This document shows, piece by piece, positions 10,887 through 19,600 of a stretch of DNA of 64,000 nt. Every line of letters begins with the position of its first letter. Within the stretch, counting starts at the first letter, position 1. The position numbers and the translations under genes were made by a program. This DNA is from Sphingomonadales bacterium (lineage in GTDB: Bacteria > Bacteroidota > Bacteroidia > NS11-12g > UBA955), in the NCBI GenBank assembly GCA_016872175.1, contig VHBA01000005.1:9396-73395 (forward strand), in the 5' to 3' direction. The notes beneath the pieces are model-generated. The model saw only the letters and a program-made list of their open reading frames with translations, ran no database searches and was not told where the DNA came from.

Positions 10887-11990
10887 GTGAAAACTAAATA
10901 TATAGCAGCAATTACCATGGGCATGATGGCAGGTGTTTCCGCCTTACATGCAGGAAATCCTGAACGTCAGGGGCAGGCAGGTGCCATGCAACTAACCATA
11001 AACGGATGGGCGCGCAGCAGCGGCTGGGGATGGGCAAACGGCGGTGGTATTACCGGTGTGGAAGCCATGTATATGAATGCCGCAGGCCTCGACCGCAGTG
11101 CCAGCAAAACAGAACTGGCCTTCAACAGAACACAGTGGCTGGTAGGTTCAGGAATTGCCATTAATAACTTCGGATTTAGTCAGAAAATAGGTGAAGACGG
11201 AGATAAAGGCACTTTTGGTGTGAGTGTAATGCAGTTTGGAATCAAACCCATTGAAATAACCACGGAAAGCAATCCTTATGGCGGAATTGGTACCTACAGG
11301 GTCAATATGACAAATATTGGACTTGCTTACAGCAAATCATTCAGCAATAACATCTCCGCCGGTATGGTTGTGAGGGCCGTCAATGAAGGTATTCCTGATG
11401 CCCGTGCGATGGGCATGAGTCTGGATGCCGGTGTTCAGTATACAACCACATTGCGTCCAACCTCCAATAAAATCAAACAGAACGATGTGAAGTTTGGTGT
11501 TTCTATGAAGAACATCGGACCTGATATGCGTCATCAGGGAGATGGACTCAGCTACAAGGCAATCATCTCAAACGGCGATTTTTCAAAGACAATGCAGCCC
11601 AAAGTAGATAAGATAAAATTGCCCTCTCTGCTAAATATCAGTGGTTCTTATGATATACGTCTGGATAAAGATGCAGATGCCTACAACAATAAACTTACAG
11701 TAGGGTTTGGTTTTACAAATCACGCGTTTACAACCAATCAGACAACCCTTGGATTGGAGTACACATACAAAAATTTCTTATCCGTTAGAACTGCATTTGT
11801 ATACCAGGAAGGGGCTTTCGACAAAGAAAACCGCACCAGTGCCTTCACCGGGCTTTGCGGAGGTATCAGCTATGATATAAAAACAAAGTCAAATATTGTT
11901 TCACTTGACTACAGTTACCGTGCTACCAATCCCTTCGACGGAACCCATTCTTTTGGTTTGAGGATTGGACTGGGCGGCGAAGACGAATAA
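10887..11990 (+). CDS. PorV/PorQ-family-like outer membrane beta-barrel protein
   Basis: The GTG at 10887 gives the signal peptide VKTKYIAAITMGMMAGVSALHA. The N-terminal segment AGAMQLTINGWARSSGWGWANGG..GVEAMYMNAAGL resembles the PorV/PorQ family opening motif. The C-terminus is FGLRIGLG, and the gene sits 19 nt after the previous stop codon. Confidence 0.55.
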   Translation: MKTKYIAAITMGMMAGVSALHAGNPERQGQAGAMQLTINGWARSSGWGWANGGGITGVEAMYMNAAGLDRSASKTELAFNRTQWLVGSGIAINNFGFSQKIGEDGDKGTFGVSVMQFGIKPIEITTESNPYGGIGTYRVNMTNIGLAYSKSFSNNISAGMVVRAVNEGIPDARAMGMSLDAGVQYTTTLRPTSNKIKQNDVKFGVSMKNIGPDMRHQGDGLSYKAIISNGDFSKTMQPKVDKIKLPSLLNISGSYDIRLDKDADAYNNKLTVGFGFTNHAFTTNQTTLGLEYTYKNFLSVRTAFVYQEGAFDKENRTSAFTGLCGGISYDIKTKSNIVSLDYSYRATNPFDGTHSFGLRIGLGGEDE

Positions 11991-12011
11991 GAACGTAACA
12001 AAATTTATTAT

Positions 12012-12019
12012 TAACTTTG
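12012..12019 (+). promoter_or_regulatory. candidate Bacteroidota -7 box TAACTTTG (greA leader)
   Basis: This is a perfect TAnnTTTG match, 53 nt upstream of the greA ATG and immediately before a terminator hairpin. Confidence 0.35.
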
Positions 12020-12023
12020 CAGT

Positions 12024-12061
12024 GTTGCACCGTTGTAAAAACACCGGTGCAACCTTTTTTT
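12024..12061 (+). terminator. intrinsic terminator (9-bp GC-rich stem plus T7)
   Basis: GTTGCACCG (12024-12032) pairs with CGGTGCAAC (12045-12053), followed by C and TTTTTTT (12055-12061). It lies 34 nt after the stop of the PorV-like gene and 12 nt before the greA ATG. Confidence 0.8.
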
Positions 12062-12072
12062 AAAAGAAACCG

Positions 12073-12546
12073 ATGAGCGATATTCAATATTTTACCAAAG
12101 AAGGACTCGAGAAAATCAAGCAGGAACTGCATTTTCTGAAAACAGAAGAAAGAACCCTTATTACGCAGGCTATAGCAGAGGCTAGGGATAAAGGCGATTT
12201 AAGTGAAAATGCCGAATACGATGCTGCTAAAGAAGCTCAGGGACATCTGGAAGACAAGATCAGGCAGATGGAAACCCTGATTGCCAATGCGAGGGTGATA
12301 GACAGTTCTCAGCTGGATACCAGCAAAGTTTCTATACTTTGCAAAGTGAAAGTGATGAACCACAATGTGGGTAAAGAGGCTGTATATCAACTTGTAAGTG
12401 AGACTGAAGCCAACCTTAAGGAAAATAAAATTAGTGTAAAAAGCGCCATCGGTGCCGGTTTGCTTGGAAAAGCCAAAGGAGAGGTGATTGAAATTTCCGT
12501 GCCTGCAGGCACCGTGAAACTCGAAATTCTGGATATAACGCTCTAA
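12073..12546 (+). CDS. greA: transcription elongation factor GreA
   Basis: Length is 157 aa. The sequence FTKEGLEKIKQEL...AIAEARDKGDLSENAEYDAAKEAQ is the canonical GreA coiled coil. Confidence 0.95.
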   Translation: MSDIQYFTKEGLEKIKQELHFLKTEERTLITQAIAEARDKGDLSENAEYDAAKEAQGHLEDKIRQMETLIANARVIDSSQLDTSKVSILCKVKVMNHNVGKEAVYQLVSETEANLKENKISVKSAIGAGLLGKAKGEVIEISVPAGTVKLEILDITL

Positions 12547-12548
12547 TA

Positions 12549-12947
12549 ATGGCCAGTATTTTCAGCCGTATTGTTTCGGGTGAAATTCCCTGCCACAAAA
12601 TTGCGGAAACAGATGATTTTCTGGCTTTTTTGGATGTGATGCCGCTTGCGCAAGGACATGTGTTGGTTATACCTAAAAAGGAAGTAGATTACATTTTTGA
12701 CATGGAAACCGATGCCTATGCTGGTTTGTGGACGTTCGCCCGGCAAGTGGCAAAAAGCCTGAAAATGGCTATTTCATGCAAACGTATCGGTATCGCTGTG
12801 ATTGGCCTAGAGGTGCCGCATGCACACATACACCTGGTCCCTATGAACGAAGTGGGTGATATAAATTTCACACGTCCTAAACTCAAGCCTACACAAGAAG
12901 AGCTGGCTGAGACAGCAGAAAAGATACGCACATATATCACCGCTTAG
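12549..12947 (+). CDS. HIT family protein (histidine triad hydrolase)
   Basis: It has the histidine triad HAHIHLVP. The N-terminal IFSRIVSGEIPCHKIAETDDFLAFLD is typical of HinT-like proteins. Confidence 0.9.
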   Translation: MASIFSRIVSGEIPCHKIAETDDFLAFLDVMPLAQGHVLVIPKKEVDYIFDMETDAYAGLWTFARQVAKSLKMAISCKRIGIAVIGLEVPHAHIHLVPMNEVGDINFTRPKLKPTQEELAETAEKIRTYITA

Positions 12948-12959
12948 GTCTTAGTTTTT

Positions 12960-12967
12960 TATCTTTG
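12960..12967 (+). promoter_or_regulatory. candidate -7 box TATCTTTG, 4 nt before the lgt ATG
   Basis: This is a perfect TAnnTTTG match. The ATG at 12972 follows after TTTC. Confidence 0.4.
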
Positions 12968-12971
12968 TTTC

Positions 12972-13754
12972 ATGTATCCTGAGATTTTCTCACTTGGACC
13001 TTTTACGGTTCAGGGTTATGGCCTGATGATATTCATCGGGGTGATGCTGGCGTACATTTATATGTTGGCAAACCTTAAGAAACACGGCTTGAAATCGGAA
13101 GATGTGAGCGAAATGTTTCTCTGGTGTTTTGCTTCGGTTGTTGTTGGGGGTAAGATCTTTTTCTGGCTGGAAGATCCAGGCAGGTATTTTAGCAAACCCT
13201 CCCTGCTTTTCGAGTCATTTGGCAATGGCTTTGTGTTTTATGGTTCTTTTTTATTAACCGTTCCGGTTCTCATATTTTGGTTTAAAAAGAAAGGCGTTAA
13301 TCCCTGGTTAGCATTCGATTATGCCGGAATAGCAGGTGCTATGGTCCATGCTTTTGGTAAGCTGGGGTGCTTGCTGGCAGGTTGTTGCCATGGCAAGGTA
13401 TCAACCGGATTCTATGCCATTGTTTTTACCAATCCAAACTGTCATGCATCGCCGTTGAATACCCCGTTATATCCAACCCAGTTATGGGACGCCATAATAT
13501 TATTTATGGCCATCGGTCTGATGTTGTTCATGAAAGTAAGGAAATGGTTTGATGGACAATTGTTTCTTACCTACGGCATTGTGTATGCCATAGGCAGGTT
13601 CTTTACCGAAAAATACAGAGGTGATGAGGAGCGTGGGTTTATATTGAATGGTTTGCTCAGCCACAGTCAGGCAATTGCCATAGGTGTATTTAGTGTTTGT
13701 GTGTTAATTTTTATCTTAAGATACCGTAAAACCCGCACCCAAAATGCAGTTTAA
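12972..13754 (+). CDS. lgt: prolipoprotein diacylglyceryl transferase
   Basis: The protein is polytopic and 260 aa long. The segments GPFTVQGYGLMIFIGVMLA, YPTQLWDA and GRFFTEKYRGDE are typical Lgt segments. Confidence 0.88.
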   Translation: MYPEIFSLGPFTVQGYGLMIFIGVMLAYIYMLANLKKHGLKSEDVSEMFLWCFASVVVGGKIFFWLEDPGRYFSKPSLLFESFGNGFVFYGSFLLTVPVLIFWFKKKGVNPWLAFDYAGIAGAMVHAFGKLGCLLAGCCHGKVSTGFYAIVFTNPNCHASPLNTPLYPTQLWDAIILFMAIGLMLFMKVRKWFDGQLFLTYGIVYAIGRFFTEKYRGDEERGFILNGLLSHSQAIAIGVFSVCVLIFILRYRKTRTQNAV

Positions 13755-14841
13755 GCAGATTGCAGGCCAACAACAGCTAAAATCAAAGCTTACAGCCATG
13801 GCTGCCAGTGGTCGTGTGCCTCATGCTCAGCTAGTGCTGGGGCAGTCTGGGGCCGGAAATTTGCCCATGGCACTTGCCTTAGCTGCGTATCTTCTTTGTA
13901 AAAATCCGCTGCCTGAAGATAGCTGTGGAGAATGTGATGCCTGCCGTAAAATGAAGACTTTCACACACCCCGATTTGCATTTCTCTTTTCCGTTTCCATC
14001 CAGTTCCGGCGATACCTGTGTGGATCTCTATCCAGAATGGAGAAAGGCATTGCAGGCAGAACCCTACCTGAGCTATGAATCTTGGATGCGGTTGCTGAGT
14101 GCCGAAAATAAGCAGGGAAATATTCCCATTCTGGAATGCCGTGCCATTATCAGGAATCTTTCCATGAAGGCCTATGAAAGCAAATACAAGATTTTGCTGC
14201 TTTGGCTACCCGAATTTTTGGGCAAAGAAGGCAACGTATTGCTTAAGTTTTTAGAGGAGCCCCCGCCGGATACCTTATTTCTGCTGGTATGCAGCCAACC
14301 AGATAAGTTGCTGAGCACCATTGTTTCACGCACACAATTGTTGCGTGTTCCGCCTATAGAAGAGGCAGATCTGACTTCATACCTGGCTGAAAGACTGGAA
14401 ATAATACCCGAAGAGGCCGCCCGGTTTTCCATGATGTCGGGAGGTGATTTGCTCAAGGCGTTGGTTCTGGCCTCCAACTCAGAAAGCCCGTATATGGAAC
14501 CCTTTAGGCAGTGGATGCTTTATTGCTATAAAAAGAACTTGCATCAGTCTGCCAAATGGACTGAGGAAATCAGCGGAAAAGGTCGAGAATATATCAAAGG
14601 TCTTTTGCTGTATGGGATAGAAATTATGCGTGCCATAGCCGTAATGGATCATTTGGGTGAGCGCAACGGACTGAATGAACACGAAAAAGAATTTGTGACA
14701 AAATTAGGTAAGCTGATGTCTACCAAAAAGATAGTTGGGATATTTGAGGTGCTGGACGCCGCCATTTATGAGGTAGAGAGAAATGGTAATGTAAAAATGA
14801 TATTTACAGACCTATCCTTCAAAATCAGCAGACATTTTTAA
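13744..14841 (+). CDS. holB: DNA polymerase III subunit delta'
   Basis: It has RVPHAQLVLGQSGAGNLPMALALAAYLLC, the zinc module CGECDACRKM, LKFLEEPP, and the sensor segment VSRTQLL. Confidence 0.8.
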   Translation: MQFKQIAGQQQLKSKLTAMAASGRVPHAQLVLGQSGAGNLPMALALAAYLLCKNPLPEDSCGECDACRKMKTFTHPDLHFSFPFPSSSGDTCVDLYPEWRKALQAEPYLSYESWMRLLSAENKQGNIPILECRAIIRNLSMKAYESKYKILLLWLPEFLGKEGNVLLKFLEEPPPDTLFLLVCSQPDKLLSTIVSRTQLLRVPPIEEADLTSYLAERLEIIPEEAARFSMMSGGDLLKALVLASNSESPYMEPFRQWMLYCYKKNLHQSAKWTEEISGKGREYIKGLLLYGIEIMRAIAVMDHLGERNGLNEHEKEFVTKLGKLMSTKKIVGIFEVLDAAIYEVERNGNVKMIFTDLSFKISRHF

Positions 14842-14915
14842 TTTTTTTTATTGCAAAGCAACCCTTTGATACCGGAATTCTTCTATAAGGTAATTGGGGT
14901 CTATGAAATACCTGC

Positions 14916-15461
14916 ATGGCATCAGTGAATGCGGACATCACAGAGAGCGAATTGGTCAAGGCCTGTCTGGAAGGGAATACCCGCGCCCAGCAAGCCCTGT
15001 ATCAGAAATATGCACCTGCGATGTATGCCATTTGCCTTCGGTATTGCGGCTCCCCTGATAACGCCAAAGATATGCTACAGGAATCCTTCATCAAGTTGTT
15101 TGAGAGTCTGAAGAATTTCAGGTTCCAGGGCTCTTTTGAGGGCTGGACCAAGCGCATAGCTGTTACCACCTGTCTTGATTTTATCAAAAAACTCAAACAG
15201 GAGCCATATGCGGATGAATTGGAGAACCACACCGATTTGGGAGTGGAAGCCTCTGTTTTTCCGGCACTGGGCATAAAGGATTTACTAACATTGTTGCAAA
15301 CCCTGCCCGTAGGTTACAGAACCGTATTTAACCTATATGCCATTGAAGGTTACAATCATGGTCAAATTGCAGAATTGATGGGTATCAGCGAAAATACCAG
15401 TAAAACCCAGTTGTTTAAGGCCAGAAAAATATTGCAGGTTAAACTGAACGGAAACGGATAA
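14916..15461 (+). CDS. ECF-type RNA polymerase sigma-70 family factor
   Basis: Region 2 is YAICLRYCGSPDNAKDMLQESFIKLF. The region 4 helix-turn-helix is EGYNHGQIAELMGISENTSKTQLFKARKIL. Confidence 0.9.
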   Translation: MASVNADITESELVKACLEGNTRAQQALYQKYAPAMYAICLRYCGSPDNAKDMLQESFIKLFESLKNFRFQGSFEGWTKRIAVTTCLDFIKKLKQEPYADELENHTDLGVEASVFPALGIKDLLTLLQTLPVGYRTVFNLYAIEGYNHGQIAELMGISENTSKTQLFKARKILQVKLNGNG

Positions 15462-15463
15462 AA

Positions 15464-16510
15464 ATGTCAAACGAACAAAACTCCATAGATGAATTGTTCC
15501 GCAACGGATTGAAAGACGGCGGAATAACGCCCCCTCCGGGTGTGTGGGAGGCTGTTTCTGCCGGTTTGCCAGCTGCATCGCCCGGTTTGGTAACGCTTGT
15601 TGTGAAATCTGTTTGGACCTGGGTTGCAGTAGGTGGAATTGCTGTTGGTGCCGTTACTGCGCTAATTCTATCTGAAAAAAATGAGCCTTTGCCTAAAGCT
15701 GAGAAATCAGCCATAAATAACGCCCAGAAAGAGGTTTCAACGCCCAACGTGCTGCCCTCAGAAAAAACGGCTCAACCTGCCGTGGTAACCCCACAGAAAA
15801 CCCAAGTTAAACAAAGCCTGCAGGCTGACAATAAGCCTCAAAATATAGCTAACAGTGATAATGCTGCCACGGTGCCTGCCGTAGAAAATTCTGCAAATAA
15901 GAACCAGACAACGCGCGTGCAACAAACACCGGAAAAACAAGTTCCAAAACTTGAAGTTGTGCAACAAAGCACAGCGGAAGATGCGCCTTGCGGAATAAAT
16001 GTAAAGGTTATAGCCACCAAAAACAATTTAGATAACAGCTGGTCATTTACTGCCGGTGCTTCCTCTGTTGCTTTCCATTCATGGAGTTTTGGAGACGGCG
16101 AGACCGGATCGGGTAATCTCGTTCAGCATTTATATCCGGATTTGAATGCCGAATACGAGGTAAGAGTGCTTGTTTTTAGGTATGTGGGTTGCATTGATTC
16201 GGGCAGGTGCACGGTGGTTACAAGGCAGCGTCATCCCGGGTTGTCTGTGCCGGATCTGTTCACACCGAATGGTGACGGAATTAATGACGAACTGGAGATT
16301 ACTACGCCAGATGTTGCTTCGTTTAACCAGGTTGTAACAGATAGAAACGGCAAGCAGGTTTTCAATAGCAACAGTGCTTTGGTGCGCTGGAATGGCAAAT
16401 GTGCTTCTGTCGAATGCCCTTCAGGAACTTACAGGGTTACCATTACCTACAAAACACAATCGGGAAAGCAGGCCGTAACGTTTACCAAGAATGTGCTATT
16501 GAAAAGATAA
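15464..16510 (+). CDS. ECF-associated single-pass membrane protein with PKD domain and T9SS type B (gliding-motility-associated) C-terminal domain
   Basis: It starts 2 nt after the sigma gene stop. The domain order is a short N-terminal region, one TM segment (VWTWVAVGGIAVGAVTALIL), a P/Q/T-rich linker, a PKD-like segment (HSWSFGDGETGSG), and a C-terminus VPDLFTPNGDGINDELEI...VRWNGK...GTYRVTITY that matches type B sorting domains. Confidence 0.7.
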   Translation: MSNEQNSIDELFRNGLKDGGITPPPGVWEAVSAGLPAASPGLVTLVVKSVWTWVAVGGIAVGAVTALILSEKNEPLPKAEKSAINNAQKEVSTPNVLPSEKTAQPAVVTPQKTQVKQSLQADNKPQNIANSDNAATVPAVENSANKNQTTRVQQTPEKQVPKLEVVQQSTAEDAPCGINVKVIATKNNLDNSWSFTAGASSVAFHSWSFGDGETGSGNLVQHLYPDLNAEYEVRVLVFRYVGCIDSGRCTVVTRQRHPGLSVPDLFTPNGDGINDELEITTPDVASFNQVVTDRNGKQVFNSNSALVRWNGKCASVECPSGTYRVTITYKTQSGKQAVTFTKNVLLKR

Positions 16511-16659
16511 AACAAATAAAAATAATTCGTTAAATCGAGAAAATATCGAAGATGAGAATGATGAAGCATCAAAGTAACACAAAAAATATCACTAAAAATG
16601 TGGTGTTTTCCCTCAAAAACCATATTTTTGAGGCTTCCCAAACTAGGAAAATCAACATT

Positions 16660-19600
16660 ATGAAAGGTTATACAGCCATTTTCAAGAAAATTGTGCCGGT
16701 ACTGGCCCTGCTTTTTGCAGGCAACTTTGCTGCAGCACAGTGCACCATCCAGTACAGCGGATCGTTGTGTGTGGGATCGCCCTTATCTTTTATAGGTGCC
16801 AGCACAGGTACAACCCACGACTGGGATTTTAACGGCGAGAATACAGCTTCAGGACAGAAAAACCTGAACTACGCTTTTAAGACTCCCGGCGTAAAAAACA
16901 TTCGCTACATTACCACAATCAATGGTAATAAGTGTACTTCCAACATTCAGCTCACCATCAAAACCAGCCCTGTTCCTAAGCTGAAGTTACTGAGCCAGCC
17001 TGAGCAGTGTTTCAGGGGTAACCTTTTCTGCTTCAGCGACTCAACAAAAAACCCTAACGGGTCTCCCATTCGCTCAGCCAAATATGTGGTGGGTGATGGT
17101 CAGTTTTTTCAGAACGGCAGCGTTGTAAACCCATTTTGTTATTCCATTAAGGACGTTCGTGGCGGCTGTTTTGATTTGTATGTTGAATATACCGATGCAA
17201 ATGGTTGTTCCGCAAGCGATACCATTGTTTGTGCTGCTAAGGTTCGCGAAGCTATCGGTCCGGCTTTTACCAGCAATAAACCTATTGATTGCGACTCAGT
17301 AACTGCACTCATCAGGAATATTTCCAGAATCGCCCAGAACAAAGTGAAAAACATCACCTGGTATTGGGGCGACGGAACTACCGGAAACCAGTGGGGTCCC
17401 AACATAACCAAGAAATTTTACAAGCCCGGTATTTACGATATCAAAATGATCATTGAAACCATCGACGGATGTATAGATTCATTTGAGATCAAAGCTGCCG
17501 CTCAGGTGCTTAAGGGCGAATATCAGATTGTTGCCGATAAGGATTCTACCTGCATATCGGAGCCTGAAATAAAATTTAGCCTCACCCCCCAGCCTGTAGT
17601 AGGCATTTCAAGCTTTCTTTGGAATTTTGGTGATCCACCCTCAGGACCTCAGAACGTAAATAACCGTTCCTTGGCACCGCCTCACAGCTTTACAGGTCTT
17701 GGCCCTTTCCAAATTAAATTTACCTATGACATTGTCTGCGGTGGTATTACCCGCAAGAAAGTGGCTTATGATACGGTAATTATTATCGGTCCACAATCTA
17801 CCATTGAGATTCCTTTTAACCGCATAGCGGAATATGAGGTTTTCCAGTGTCCCAAGGATGTTCAGGATACCGTACACTTCAAGAACTTCTCCAAGTTCTA
17901 CCACAATGATAAGAATATGTGGAATGACGACAGTACGTTCAAGAAATGGGCAGGCAATAATCATCCTGGTCACGTTTTTGACAACAACCAAACTTGGGTA
18001 AAGCCCAAAGGTTTTGTGGATCCACTTTTCCGTCAGCGTGTATGTGCAGTGCGCGTATGGGATTTCGGTGATGCATATGCTCCTAGGTGTACCACGGATC
18101 GTATGAACAACAAAAACGTCAATGTTAACTGTCAGTTCAGCAACGACTCACTGCCTACCCACTACTACAAGAGCTGGGATCTGGTGATGCTTTCCGATTT
18201 CAAAAATGCGCCCATGGAGGATGCTATTTTTATAGAGAGTACTAAATTGTGTAAGAGAATCAATGTTTGGCCTTCGGATACCAACTGGATCATCGAAGAT
18301 ACCCTGTTGGTAATTCCCAAGAGCAAGGCAGACAGCTTGCTGGCCAATCAGTCTAAATATGCGGTCAACAAAACCAAAACCTATTTGTGGGAGAAAGGCA
18401 TTCGAGGGCCTGCTGAACGCTACATTACAGATAATGTGGATGTGCAGCTGAAGACCGGCGATACTGCCTATGTTGGCCCTCAGGGTGGGCCTTATACCCG
18501 CCATATTGGTCCAAAAACACTGAATCTTGCACCAAGACAAGTAATTAAACTTACCAGCAAAACAGACTCGTTCCGATTCCTGTTTACGGTATTCCTGAAG
18601 AAGGACACCTTGCCCGCACCCTTGTTGCGAATCCGCACCAAAAAAGGTGAGAATCCCAGAATTATCGGATTTATTAAACGTACTTTCCCGGGTACGGCAG
18701 GTCTGGATTATAAGGTAGATTACAAGCGCTGGAGAGATTTGTACTATGCCAATATACCTTCCTGTAACAATGTGAGACTTTGGCATGGCGATACTTGCCA
18801 TCCCCTGAAGTGTACTTCTGAAAGTATCAAACAGCTTTCCATGCTGCACGCCAATGCAGGTGGTGTAGGTTCCGGTTTGGTCAAGGATGCGATTGAATGT
18901 CTTGGCGGTAAAAACCCCCAGTATGGTATTACCTTCCTTCTAAGTGATTTGAAACCCGGTTGTACCTTCTCTTACGTGGGCATAAACTATGACACTTTCT
19001 GTAAGCCCACCACGTGGACTACACTGACCAGCGGATTGATACCCGGCAACCGTCCTCCTGGTATGCCTTATATGGGTTATCAGATTGCCTCCAATCCTCC
19101 TTCACGATATTCCAAGCAATATAGTGCTTCGGAGGTTTGTAACCCCAATGGATGTATTACCGTTGGTATCATAGTAGGTAATGGTGTAAAAAAAGGTGGT
19201 ACTGTCGGAGATCCTCCTCTGTGTTCAGATACGCAGTACTATGACAAGTTTGCTTGTTTCCCCATTATTGACCCTACCTTCGAAATGATTACCCCTACAC
19301 CCAATCCCAACGGTATACGCAAGATTTGTAAGTATGATCCTGTTGTAGTTCGCCCTATAATTGCCAACAAAACCAAAAACGACGATTTGAAAACCCTGCG
19401 CTGGGAATTTGCCACCGGCAATGCCAGCCCTGCTTACAGTAAGCAGTGGGGTTATCAGATTCAGGAAGATTACTACCGAGGTGTTTACCTGAAAGATTCA
19501 GGAACTAAGAAAATCTACAATTACATGGTTCAGAGCAGGTACGAAGTTCGTCCTGAGCCTGTTCCCTGTTCTACCGACTGGCAGGATGATTCTCGCTCGG

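Noticed and set aside
16552-16659. N-terminal extensions of the longest ORFs (16552, 3123, 6932, 10809, 26719, 28996, 36316, 37819, 45166, 47415, 47303, 52818, 58380, 63885)
   Set aside because: Internal start codons give canonical signal peptides, lipoboxes or conserved family N-termini. Several of the upstream 'starts' are the TTG of a TTTG promoter box.
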